This document shows, piece by piece, positions 38,805-52,782 of a DNA stretch of 64,000 nt. Position numbers and translations under genes: made by a program. The stretch comes from Lama glama (taxonomy: Eukaryota): the NCBI GenBank assembly GCA_028534125.1, contig CM052818.1:24864001-24928000 (forward strand), given 5' to 3'. Under the pieces are notes generated by a model that did no database searches, was not told the origin of the DNA, and was given only the letters and a program-made list of their open reading frames with translations. Positions within the stretch are counted from its first letter, which is position 1; the number at the start of each line of letters is the position of its first letter.

Positions 38805-40652
38805 TTTATGAGACAAAACATTTGGGTAAGATTTGGTCCAGAATAAGGAAAAAATTTTAACAACCTAATTTTTCAGGTGGTGGGATCTAGAAATGGATTT
38901 CCCCTTTATTCCAAAAAAAATGTTTGGGCAATCAAAAGCAAAAAAAAAAAAACAACAAAAAAAACAATGTTGTGTCCATTGGTCCTTCTGGACTGGTTAT
39001 CAAACTTCAGGTTTATAAGTTTGGGGTGCTTCAGGGGTGGCTGTGGTTTTTGCTACTATGGCTATTGCTCTGCTTGTTTCGCTTTTGTTTACCTAAATTG
39101 CACGGGGACTTTTGATGATAAATCCTGCTGAGCCATGAGCTAGTCCGGCCCGGACTAGCTAGTCTCTTCCTCTCTCCCTCTCTCCCTCACAGTCCGCAGA
39201 TGGATCAAGAATGAGCTGAGCAGGGGAAGGTGGGACACGCTGGAGGAACTCAGCACCTGGGTCTCCCCTGAGCCCACCCAAGACTGAACTCCCCCCTCCT
39301 CCTTTTATTTAAAACCAAACCAGCCCCTCCTCCTTCCAAGGAACACTCACTAAGCCTGGCTTTTATGGTCCTGTGATTTATTTCAATGCCAACAATTGTT
39401 TTCTATCTAAGAGCATCCTAAATTATTCATGCATTACCCATATTAAAAGTGTCTTTAAAAACGACTCCTACTGAGGATTTCCTCTTGTCTGGCCCTCAGC
39501 AACGTTCATATTCCTGATGGGAGAGTGCGGCGTGCGGTCTTTCCAGTGAATCTGCACTTCTTTGATGGATGGGAGGACAAGAGTCAGGAAAACGGGCGCT
39601 CCACTAATAAAGGGAGGGAAGAAGGCGGGGTGGGGGGGATTGCTCATGACCATTAAGCTTAAAGAAATCCCCTGGGCGGCACAGGCCTCTCTGATTCTCT
39701 GCCAGCCTCGCCTGCTCCTTCTATAATTTGGATCTTAAATGAATCCTGTATGCGGGCACCCACCCAATGGTTGGTCTTGAGGGTACAAATCCTCCTCCAA
39801 ACCTAACCAGAATGTTAGCCTCCCTGTGCTGCAGTCCTCCAGCCTCTGTGTATTCACCCAAATCTGGAGAACTTTAGCTGGTACTCTGCAGCAGCATTTC
39901 ATGTGACTTCTGAATGCTCTGTGGGGATGCTTACAATGACCAGCCTAACTCCAGCCTGTTGCCCATGACAATGCCATCTCATGGGCATGACAGGAGTGGA
40001 CAGGATGAGAAGGAAGGGCCCCTGTCCCGGAAGTGCGTTACTGAGGCAGATGGGGTGACCAACCGGAAGGCAAGGTGCCTCCTCCCTGTCAGCCCTGAAG
40101 GACAGAGAAAATGGTGCCAGCCCGAGGGGTGCGGCCACCTCCCATCAACGTGGGCCTGAGGGAGTGACCAAGACAGTGAGAAGGGCTAGAAAACCCAGTC
40201 GTGGTCACCTGAGTAACAGAACCGCAGGGGAGCAGAAATAAGCTTACTCCAAATGGCCACCCCGCCAGAGTAATCTGACTTCTGCTACTGAGAATGCTTT
40301 GTGAAACTGTCATCTGAGCACTCACTAATCACTAACACACTGACGTTCCGCGAAGGAGCAGGAGGAGAGCTAGCCCCCTCTCTCTCCTCCAGTGGCCCGT
40401 GTTGGCCCAGAGTCCAGGCCAAGGCTGGGGGCACAGCATGGGACAGAAAAATCAGAGCTGGCTCATAGGGAGAGTAAACCCAAGATACTTCCATCTAACC
40501 TTGTAACGGGCCACAAGGGGAAAATCAAGGCTGCATTTTTAACACTGTTGTTTTCTTTAAAGTCTGCGTTACCTACCAAAGCCAAACGACCCTCTGGTCG
40601 CTTTTCTCACAAGCGAAAAGTAAATGAACGGAGAGAGAACAAAGTGAAGCTA

Positions 40653-40910
<258 letters not shown>

Positions 40911-43612
40911 TTAGAGAACGAAGCGCCCTGTAGACATGGTGAAAATTAGCAAGTTACGTGAACAGACGCAGGGTCTCTGGGGCCAGGGTGATTTAGGAAA
41001 TTCTCTTCCCAGGTATTTCACACAGGAAAAGATGGGGTGTTAACAAATTGAGGGGTCAACTTCTGCCCTCTCTGAGTCCATGGACAAGTCCACACCCAGC
41101 AGGAAACAGACTGGAAGGCCACACCAGGGTGAACCTGGGTAACAGAGAGCAAGTCACTCAGCAAACTGAGAGTGAGGAAGGTTTGCCAAATATCTTCATC
41201 ATCCTTAAAAGAGCAACAGAAATGTAGGTTACCACCACTGTTGTGGCTGTAATTAATCTGATTTGGGGGGAAGAGCCTCAAAAGTGAGCTACAGTGAAAT
41301 ACGGTTTTACCTGCACACCTAGGATGCCAATTATTTTATTTTTCAGTTCTATTGACTCCTGCCTGTTTTCAAAAGAGACATGAGAAAGTGAAGGCAATTG
41401 TAACAGAAATAGGGCCCAAGATGTACACATAAGACAGCTCTCATAAATACCGTCTCTCCTTAAACACAGGCCCTACAACCCAAGCACCCAAGTACCCAGG
41501 CTAAGGAAGGACTGTTCCCACGGGCCAAGCCCCACTGTGTACCCAACCGTCAAATCTGGTTTATCACAAAAACACAACTGTGATCACTGGGCCAGGAACC
41601 CAGCCCCCGGCCCTCATCTTCAAGGCCACACCAAGAGCTGGACTGCCTACCTATTCCTGGGTACACCTCTCCTCTGACTGCGCACCCTCCTGCCATTTTA
41701 TTTTTTCGATTTCCCTTTTTCGGGAACAAAGCTAATTTTTAAAATTGTGAGCTAAATTTCTATGACCCTCCTGAAAGCAACAGATCCTAAACGTAAGTCT
41801 GCCCCTGAGGCCAGTCAACAGGTCTGGGCAAGGTGGATCGTGGACATCTGGGCACACACAGAGCCTGGACCAGAGGCACAACCCAAGTGTGTGAGTGTGG
41901 GCTACCCTGCGAGGGTGCCGCCACCTCACTGTATGTTCCTGTGGCTCCCGGGTGACTCAGAGGTGATGGATAGAGAGGGTGGATGACGGTAGCTTCCAGT
42001 CCTGCCCTTGTCACACGTGGACCATCCCTTTCTTTTAAAGGGAGTTCTCATCTCCAGCTCAGAGCATCTAAACTAAAGCAGGGCATCGCAACCTAGAAGA
42101 GGACGTGTAGACACTGCAGAGCTAGGAGTCACGGGCACGGATCATTTAAAGGGGCTGTTTAATGTAAAGGTGTAAGTTGTTTTGAGACATCTAATACGAT
42201 GTAAGTTCACCACCATTATCTCACAACCTCCTAAATTCCCTATGGTTCAAGTTTTATTTTCTATGGCCATTAAAAAGCAAAAGGTTCAGACATAACCCAC
42301 ATGGGATTTGCATTAGTACCAGACATGTTAAGCTCGTCTGGTAAACACAGTACAGATCACCACGTGTAACTTTCTTGGAAAGAGCCATGTATGAAACTGT
42401 AAGAAGCATCTCTCCCTGAGAACCTCAAAGAGGATTAAGAGAATGCTCAGTGCTGTCTTGCTGGGCAGGAACAGGGTACAAACTCTTAAAGAGATACAGC
42501 TCTTTTTCAGGACCCTGTGATGATCTTCTCTCACCTGACTAAAACCAGTGATTATGTGGCTTTTGGACCGATGATTAAGGCAAAGAATGCCAAACATGCT
42601 CATAAAAAATTAAGACATAAGAGCACTGAGATGAGGTTCTAAGATCTGCCAAGAAATGATCGTTAAGATCAGCCAGCAAGAAAGAATGTTCACGAAGTTA
42701 TACTCTTAAGAAATAAGCCACATTTTAGCCAATGACTTTCCACGTCCTAAATTAGAAATAATATTTTTAAAATTACACCACTGCTGTGGCAGTATCTTAA
42801 GAGCTCCCATTTACGTGTTTGAGATTCAAAATAGAGCCCTTTGATCTGCAGAGAGATTTACTTACAAAATGATTCTCTGCTTGGTTTCGCATAGTGACTT
42901 TGGTCACCAAACAAGATTGCTGACATCCTTGCTGCTTATTTCACTAGAAGATGACAATGTCCACCTCTGATTAGGGTAAACACTAAAAAGAATTAAGCCT
43001 GGTTTTTTTTCTTCTCTCTTGAATTATCTATCTCTAGGTGGCATATGAATCAACCGTTTTCAGGTAAATATCCACCCTCTTGGGTGTCACCTTTCATGTT
43101 CCTTTCTAGAGTTTCACATCTTCCTGACAGTGAAAAAGATAGTTCCTGCCATTGGGACATGGAAGTAACAGACACCCTCTGAGAAAATTACAACATACAC
43201 TCATAAAGGTATCTTAGCAGAAATACCGAGGTCTGAGATAGACACAGTCACTAAAATGAATCTTGGATAAACAAAACCAAAATAAGAGCACCTGAGGTCT
43301 AATCTCCATAGTTCACTAAGACAAGTGCCAAGTCACATCCTTGCAGCACGTGGCTTGCTAGAGAAAAGGCTCCAGAGGTGGCCTGTGTACCTACCGATGC
43401 CACCGGGACAGACACGCTCGCTGCCCTGTCTCACAAAGCCCCACGCCTGATTTTCCCACGTTTGATCTGTAAACAAGTGGTGACCACAGCTCAGTGAAAT
43501 GACTCTGTGAGTCTCTGACCAGGTCGGATGGGGTCCCCGGAGGCCCACGTATGGTCAGCACAGCATCTTTCAGTCCAACCCTGAGAGGGCGGGTGGGAAC
43601 ACTTTTTGTTCA

Positions 43613-43870
<258 letters not shown>

Positions 43871-45299
43871 TCATCTCTCTATTTCTCACATGAATAGAGG
43901 CAAATCAGAGCAGTAGATGCCCAAAACATGCAATGATTTTTTAAAATTACGCTTCATTTTTGAATGTATTAAATGGGATCAAGATCTAAACTCCCCTAAT
44001 TGTTTCTTCAACATTGAACTTGTATTAACTAAACACAAAACTCCTCAAGGAGAAAATGGCCTAAAAGTATACAGATGGTTGGAAGAGATTAGCTTAGAAT
44101 TTTAAGTTAACACAGATAAATTTCGTACATCTGAACTGGATCCAACATCAAACTCTCGAGTGGATTGAATCAAAAAGCTCATTAGGAAGTGTGTTATTTG
44201 GAAACCAGGAGACGTTTTTCCAAAAAAGACAATCTTCCACACGGTGGATGAAGTGGTGATGAGATCTGCGGAGAACCCACGAGAGCCTAACTAACCCTAG
44301 AGCAGCCGATGTAATTCCTTAATACAAAGTTTACTGCCCTGAATTCTAGGTCATAAGAGAAAGGGAAATATTGAAAGCAGAAAGGAGAAAGAAATTTTCC
44401 CCTCCCTTTTCTGGTTGTATGCACAATAATTTGAAACGGGCAAGTGTACCCACTGTTTTCTCTGGTATCTTCTCCTACCCTCCCTCCCAACCCATGCTTT
44501 TATTGCATAAATTAACACAGGCTTATTTTCCCCCTAAAGTCTTCTGAATCCCCTGAAAGTATCTATCCTCCCTTCAAATTAAAACAAAACAAAATATCCT
44601 TCTTTCATTGTAAGTCATCTTGGTCAGTTGTATAAATGCAATCTGATTAATTTTTAAAGAGTGGTGAGTTAAAGTTAATCCTTTAACTCCAGCAGCTGTT
44701 AAAAAATATCCTCATGATGCAAATAAATCTCTAATTGGTGGAATTCAAGGAAATGTAATGATACAGTGAAATTTTTTAAAAATCAGGCATTGAAAGGGGG
44801 AGATTAATATTTGAGCACCGTTTACATCATGAGCCAGTTAGTCCCTTATGTGAAGGCATCTACAGGATCATCTCCCCTGAACTGTCTCAGTCATCAGTGT
44901 GCATAAGAATCACCTGGGGAGCTAAACATGTAGCCTCCTGGACCCCACCCAAAATATTCTCAATCAAAAGTTTCAGAATGGAGGCACGAACCTGAAATTT
45001 AAAGAATATCCCAAGTTAAGATGCAGGCAGCTTTATAAACACTACCCAGGACTAACTCTGCTTGTGGAAGCTCTTTTTTTTTCTTATGAAACCACAGATT
45101 CTCTAAAAGCTCAAAGCTCTTTTATTTTTCTGTTTCTTCAACTTGGGTCCGTGGCAGTGGTTGTGAGGTCTAAGGCATATAAGTCAGTGTTGACATATAA
45201 GTTATGTGTTTAAAAGTCAGAAAATACCTGTGCTTACAAAGAGCAAATGATCTGGTATGAGAATAACAACAGATAACAGACTGCAAATGTCTGAACAGC

Positions 45300-48200
45300 T
45301 TACATTTGTATTTTTCCAAACTATCATTCCACTTGATACTCTTCCTCGGCTAACCTTGAGGCTCCATGTAAGCAGGAAGTGAAGGCTAAAGCAGGGTTGA
45401 ACACATGCCCCCAACACACGTACAGAGCTTGTCGGCAAAGACTGGGAACTTATTGGTTCCAGGCAGTTAAGGACACCTGTGACCAATCATTCGCTTCCCA
45501 CTAAGATAGCCAAGCAGAAACTTCAGGGCCCACATATGACAAAGGATACAGACTTTATAGAATTTGTTTAGAAGAGTCATCAAAGAAACAAACAGCAGCA
45601 ACAGAAAAGCAATAGCAAACCCTGGAGAAAAGGAAGAATCTAACTTCCAGAGTTGTTACATTATATGATTTTATATGCCCAGTTTTCAATAAAAAAGTAC
45701 AAAACATACACAGAAAAAGGAACATATGGCTCACACATGGGGGAAAAAAAAGCCAGTCAATAGAAGCTGTCACTAAGGAAGACCAAACACTGGATTTACC
45801 TCGCAAAGACCTTAAATCAGCTGTTTTAAATATGTTCAAAGAATTAAAGGAACTAAACGTAGCCAAGGAGCTAAAGGGAAGTATGAGAATGATGTCTCAC
45901 CAAATAGAGAATATCAGTAAAGTGCCAGAAACTATGAAAAGAAAAAGAAAAGAAAAGAAATTATGAAGTTGAAAAGTACAATAACAAATTAAAAAAAAAT
46001 TATTAGAGGGTCTCAAAAGAATTTTAAACAGGCAGAAGAAAGAATCAGAAAACTTAAAGACAGATCAATTGAGATTATCTCGTCTCAGGAAAATAAGGAA
46101 AAAGAATAAAGAAAACGAACAGAGCCTCAAAGAGTGACTAGACACCATCCATCATACCAAAATAAGTATAATGGGAGTCCTAGAAAGGAGGAGAGAGAGA
46201 AGAAGATAAAAAGAATATTTGAAGAAGCAATTGTCAAAAAATTCCCAAATTTGATGAAAAACATGAATTGCCACATCTAAGAAGTCTGATAAACTGCAAA
46301 TAGGGTAAACTCACAGAGATCGATACCCAGACACATCATCATCAAACTGTTGAAAGTCAAAGATAGAGAATCTTGAAAACAGCCAGAAAAAAGGAACATA
46401 TCATGTATAAGGGTTCCTCGAAAGATTAGAAGCTGATTTCTCATCAGGAAACGTGGAGACCAGAGGGAGTGGGATGACATATTCAAAGCACTGAAAGAAA
46501 GATTATAAACCAAGAATTCTATATGCAGAAAGTTATCCTTCAGAAATGAAGGAAAAATGAAGATATTTCCAGTTAAATAAAAACTGAGAGAACTTGTTAC
46601 TAGCAGACTTTCCCTACAAGAAATACTAAAGGGAGTCCTTCAGGCTGACATGAAAGGACAGTAATTGAATCCATATTAAGAAATGAAGAACAGTTGTAAT
46701 ATTACAACACAGGTAAACATAAAGGGAATTACATTAAGTGTAAATAGACCAAGCACTCCAGTCAAAAGCAGAGGTTGGCATTACAGATAAAATAACATGA
46801 TCCAACTCTATGATGTCCACTAGAGACACATTTTTGATTCAAAGACACAAGTAGGTTGGAAGTAAAAGGATGGGAAAAGATATACCATGCAAACAGGCAC
46901 CAAAAGAGAGTTGGAATGGCTATTCTGATATCAGACAAAATTAAATTCAAGACAAAAACTGTTACTAGAGGCAAAGAAAAACGTTTGATAATGATAAGAG
47001 AGTCAATCAACTAAGAAGATATAACAACTATAAACATATATCCACCTACCTACAGAGCCCCAAATCACTTGGAAAAAATGATAAAATTGAAGAGAGAAAT
47101 AGACAATTCAACAATAATAGTTGGAGACTTCAGTTCTCCACTTTCAGTAATGGGCAAACAACTAGACAGAAGGTCAACAAGGAAACAGAATACTTGAGCA
47201 ACACAATAAACCAACTAGACAAAGCAGACGCCTACAGACACCCCACCCAACAGCAGAATACACATTCTGTTCAAGTGCATACAGAACACTCTCCAGGGTA
47301 GACCATCTGTTAGGCGATAAAACACATCTCAATAAATTTAAAAGAAAGTCATACAAAAGATGTTCTCTGACCACAATAGAATGAAATTAGAAATCGATAA
47401 CAAAAGGAAATTTTGGAAATTCAGAAGTTTGTGGAAATTAGGTAACACACTTCTAAACAACCAATGAGTCAAAAAAGAAACCACAAGGGAAATGTAAGAA
47501 ATTGAGATTAATGAAAACAAAAACAAAATATATCAAAATTTATGGGATCGAACCAAAGCAGTGCTTAGAGGGAAATTTTATAGCTGTAAATGCCTACATT
47601 AAAAGAGAAGGTCTCAAATCAATAGCCTGACTTTCCACCTGAAGAAACTAGAAAAAGAAGAACTAACTAAACACAAAGCAGGAGACAGATTACATAATTA
47701 GAATGGAAATAATGTAGAGAATAGAAAAATAGGGAAAATAAAAACAAAAATAGGTTCTTTGAGAAGACTAATTAAATTGACAAATCCTTATCTAGATCAT
47801 TTAAGATGAAAAGAGAGAAGGATCAAGTCACTAAAATCAGGAATGAAACAAAAGACATTACTAACAATCTTACAGAAATAAAAAGTGGTATTAAGAGAAT
47901 CCTGCGAAAAAATTATATGCCAACAATCTTACAGAAATAAAAAGTGGTATTAAGAGAATCCTGCGAAAAAATTATATGCCAACAAATTAGATAATGGATA
48001 TTAAATGAGAAATTCCTAGAAAGATACAAACTACCAAGACTGATTCAAGAAGAAATAGAACATCTGAATAGATCTACATCAAGTAAAGAGATTGCGTTAG
48101 TAATTAACTTAGTAAAAGAACTTCCCACAAAGAGAAGTCCAGATGGCTTCATTAGTGAATTTTACCAAATGTTTAAAGATGAATTAACGTTTCATAAAAG

Positions 48201-48540
48201 CGTCAAAAAAAAAAAAAAGAGGAGGAAGTAATTCTCACATCATTGTATGAGGCCAGTATTGCCCTGATACAAAAAAAAAAAGGCATCCCAAGAAAAGAAT
48301 ATCACAAAATATTTCTTATGGGTAAGTATTCAAAAGTCCCCAGGAAAGTATTAGCAAACTAAATTCAGAAACATATAAAAAAGATTGTACATCACAACCA
48401 AATGAAATTTATGCCAGGAATGTAGATTGTTTCAACAAATGAAGGTGAATTAATGTAATACACCATATCAATAGAATAAAGCATAGAAACTACAAAATCA
48501 TCTCACAAATACAAAAAAAAAGCATTTGACAAAATTCTTT
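45300..48540 (+). mobile_element. Ancient L1 (L1M/L1MC-like): 5' region, ORF1 and ORF2 endonuclease through RT start, heavily decayed
   Basis: A-rich strand with ORF1-type (cccagacacatcatcatcaaactgttgaaagtcaaag) and EN-type (acaataatagttggagacttcag; tctgaccacaatagaatgaaattagaaatc) blocks. No intact ORF. Confidence 0.88.
47863..47985 (+). repeat. Perfect 59-bp tandem duplication
   Basis: aacaatcttacagaaataaaaagtggtattaagagaatcctgcgaaaaaattatatgcc at 47863-47921 and 47922-47980, followed by aacaa. Confidence 0.95.
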
Positions 48541-50309
48541 TAATACTCACCAAAACCCCCTAAGGGCTAGATATAAAATATGTATTATTAGCTCCATTAG
48601 GTAGGCAGAGAAATCTGAAGCTCAGAGAGGTTAAGTAACTAGCCCTAGGCCACAGTGCAAAGTAATAACCAAGCTTTAACATATATGCTGTTACCCAAAC
48701 TTCATATAATGCTCACTCAGCAAAGTTAGAAATCATTAATCTTTTAGAAATGCATCTTAATTCTGTGGGTAGTGAGAAGTATAGTTATTAAATGAACTGT
48801 CAGTTTGAAGTGAAAAACAGATTTTTCAGTTTAGTACAAATGTATGCTCTTTTGGAAACAAAGCTGATACCTGATTGAGGCTCCTGTCTGTGTATTACCC
48901 ATGCCTTTCAGCATGTGTTATTTGGAGACTGGATGGGCTCCGTGGCTGACTCAGTGGCTTCATCCGACCTGCGTCTCCTGGAAGCTGTGCAATGCTAGAG
49001 GAGAGGAATGCACTGAGGAGAAACTGCTCTCTCAGACTCAGAGGGGCTGGCCTTAGACCAATTCCTGTGCTAGGGAAGCGTGTGGTCCCTTTTACATCAT
49101 TGCAAATATTCTCAGAGCCCATCTCCTCCTCTGCCCCTTGCTGGGAACAGGCATGATCCCAGCGGGCAGACAGAGTAGCAGAAAGGAGGCAGGCAGCCAG
49201 CCCAGTGCTCTCCAGCTCCCCCAGGGGAGTCCCACACGTGCCAGGAATGAGGTAAGCAGTGCATGCATCACCAAATTACCTTTCCTTCCCCAGCAGGCTA
49301 AATTTAAACTGCCAAGAACTCTGAAAAGAGATGAGAAAGGAGGTAGGGAGAGTGACAAGGTCTGGACTGGAGAGTAACAAGCAGTACCCAAAGATCCCAA
49401 AGAGGGAGTCTTGTGATGAACTCAGAGCATCCCCCTGGAGTTTGCAAGAAAATCCTCTATGGCCCTGGTGCTCCACTCCCTCGGAAGATGATTAGAGAAA
49501 GATGAAGTAAAGGACAGATCAGCAGTTGTGTCAGAGGCTTGCCATTAGCAGATTTATTTTCTTATTCTTGAACACTTGTTCCACTGTCATAGCAGAAAGT
49601 CAAGTAGATCCAAAGAGGAAAGTATATTATTAAGCTTTGGCTGCCTACAGCACTCGTGTAAAATTGACAAAATGAAACCTGACCAAAAAAATCACACAGG
49701 AAGAGACCTGGAGTTTCTTGGTGGCTTGCCAAAGACAAATTAGGTCCTTTTCGTAAAAAGACAAGCATCCATAGATCCACAAATGGTGGTAAAGACAGAA
49801 GTTCCGTGAGAAATTATGTTAAAAAGTGATACTGGGCAAATCCACAAGGAGGCATTAGATTCAAATTTTTTCAAAGCCATGCATGCAAACTTTGAAATTA
49901 ACTGGCTCTCCGGGTTTTGAGAGCAATGAATCTGGCTCTCTGCAAAGGAACACAAGAAGCATGAGCTCACAGCACCAGATGGCATCACACAATGTGGGGA
50001 AGAGACACGCGGGGGGGTTGAAAAGAACACGTTGTGGTCTATTTTTAGTGATTAATTAGCTTCTTAAAGGGCCAAGGAGAGCCACTTTAATAATGCCATA
50101 AAGCACAGAAGAAGATATATAAATATGCTGCACAGGGGTGAAAAATGGGGCTTATGAGCTGGCGAATTTCTGTTGTTTCTGCTGGTTGGAGAAATGAATC
50201 AAATTCCAAGCTAAGTTACAGAAACCCACACTCTAGGTTAAATGAGGGAGAAAAGTGAAAAACAGCAGAAGATGTTGTAAAAAGTCTTCAGGGTCAACCA
50301 ATGAAGAGG

Positions 50310-50500
50310 CAGTTGCAGTCAGCCAGACTCGGATTTGAATCCCAGCTGTGTGACTTCTAGCAAATTACTTAACCTCTCTGAGCCTGGGTTCCCTCATCTG
50401 TAAGAGAGGGAATCAAGACAGACATAGGGTTATGGTGAGGGCTGAAAGAGACGTAGCATAGGATGTGGCCCACTCTAAGCACTCTACAAATGTCGGCATT
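50310..50500 (+). mobile_element. MIR SINE
   Basis: ggatttgaatcccagctgtgtgac...ttacttaacctctctgagcctgggttccctcatctgtaa. Confidence 0.7.
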
Positions 50501-52054
50501 CAATTACGAGTTATCTCATGGCATCTGTCCACGTTCACCAACAGAACCATTGCCACACTCTAGGAGTCTGTCCCCTAAATGAGTATCGCAGAGCAACTCA
50601 AATGCACATAGAGATAAAGAGACACATGAAAGAACTGCCTGAACAATGGTCTAACCAGTGGCTCTTGTGTTTCCTCTCCACTCTCAGCACCTCTCACAAG
50701 ACCATAAAGAGTCCGTTTCACTCCTAAACAGCAGGCTAACTGGCCTCCTGGCCAACTACCTCTCCACCCTCCATCCCACCCTGGGCACCACTCAGATCAA
50801 TCTGCTGTGTGAAGATCTGGGGCCGCTGCAGCCTCGGTTGCCCATCTGTAATGTAGAGCATGAAAACCTTTCAGAGTTTTGCTCTATCCACCTGTCTTTT
50901 ACAGTATCATGAACTTAAAAAGGTTTCTTTATATTGGTAACTGTAAGTGGAACACAGTTTTACTTGCCGTAATGTAACTACATATTTATTTTATAATTAT
51001 GTATTTATTTAAAAATAAAGCATCTGAACCATAGTAAGTGCTATGTAATTAATTGTTGAGTAGCTTTAATGCTGTGCAAATGTACCAACTTCCACACTTA
51101 GGCAAACAAATGAGAAATCTCTGGTGGTCCCTGAGAGCAACAAACCTGGGGTTTTCATCTAGCTGTCTTGCCCCATCCAAGAACGTACCATCAACTTCCC
51201 CCTGAATCAAGCCCAGGTTATGGACCTTCATCATCTATCTCTGCCCCCGACTCACTCACACTTACCGGTGACTGGTCCCCAGGTGCTACCCCCACCCCGC
51301 CCAGATGTGTCCCCTGGCAGTGTCGTGTCCATTTCCCCTATGCCTACAGCCTTCACCCAATGACAGTCCAAAACCTACTCAGCCCTCCAGGCCCACAGCC
51401 TTCATTCAAAACGTCTTCCCTGAAGACTGCAGCCCACGCAGCTCCCTCTCTTTTCTGGCTTTATTTTAATGTTACAGGCAGAGCCACACAATCTGGCTCT
51501 AATTACTGTCTTTGTTATTTCCGAACAGATCAGAAAGTCTGCCTCCCTCTGGACGTCCCAAGTTCCTTAAGAGCCGAGGCTGTGACTTTTTTCTAGGTCC
51601 ACGACATTTAAAAAGTTGCTTACAGTGGCTGATGACTACAGTATAACTGATGCTCAGCTTCTCCAGCAGGTGAAGGGGTCCGTGAACAGTCTGCATTTCG
51701 AAGGCAACCTGGGATTCCATAATTGGCCCATGGCAGAGAAATGAAGAAGTCTTTTCCCACGAGCTCTGCCTGCACACACCTCAGTTTCAAGAGGAAAGAT
51801 CAACTGTGGGGTCACAGGGCAGGCTGGCTGCCACATTCCTGTCCAAAAGATTTAATTTCAGAGGGAATCGGGTGCTCAACAGACAAAAGAAAAGGTTTTC
51901 CTTATCACCTCCATGAATGAGTATGAATAGCCCTCATTTAGATAAATAAACCAAGGACAGTAGCTTAAAGCTGATGTTTAAGCCCCAAATGACCAAAACC
52001 AGGGCCGAAGGGCAAACCCATCATGAAGGAGAGAGATATAAAATCAGTAGCTCT

Positions 52055-52350
52055 AGCGTGGCACTGTCCAGCAGAAACAGAATCCAAGTCACATACACAC
52101 ATATATATAATTTTAAATTTTCTAATACTCATACTACAAAAATAAACAGGTGACATTAAGTTTGATATATTTTAATTTAACATGCGATCAATATTTTGAA
52201 AACTATTCATGAGGTATTTTACACACTTTTTTCACACCAAGTCTTTGAAACCTTGTGTCTGTTTTCCTCTTAACGCATCTCCTTTCAGACAAGCCTCATT
52301 TCAAGTACTCAGTAGTCTCACATGGCTGGTGGCTACTGTACTGGAGGGAG
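52055..52350. mobile_element. MER33/MER3-like hAT-Charlie MITE
   Basis: gcactgtccagcagaa...tttcaagtactcagtagtctcacatggctggtggctactgtactgga. Confidence 0.75.
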
Positions 52351-52739
52351 GAGATTTCCAGATGAAGGTGAGTAAGATTCCAATTAAAGCAAAAGCAAGT
52401 GCCTGAAAGGTGTGAATGTTATTCTTTGCTTAGATTCTTTCTCCACAACATACTAGCTTGTTCAGCTATAGCTACTTATTTCTAATGGAGAATCAACTTT
52501 TTAGAAGCATGGAATTATATCTATGTTCACTCTATATTCTCTTTGGAGCAAGACAGCCTGGATTTGCATTCTGGCTTCATCACTCACTAGCTGTGTGCCC
52601 TTGGCCAGTTACTTAACCTCTCTGGGCATCAGCTTCTTCAGCTGTAATAATGGACAGTGATAGTCTATCTCACAGGAGGATTAAACATATAATACTTACA
52701 TAACATAAATATTTGTATAATACTATTAGTGCAAACTTC

Positions 52740-52782
52740 CATCATCATCATCATCATCATTATTATTATAACTACTACTACT
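52740..52782. repeat. Compound trinucleotide microsatellite (CAT)n(TAT)n(ACT)n
   Basis: Read directly from the sequence. Confidence 0.85.
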
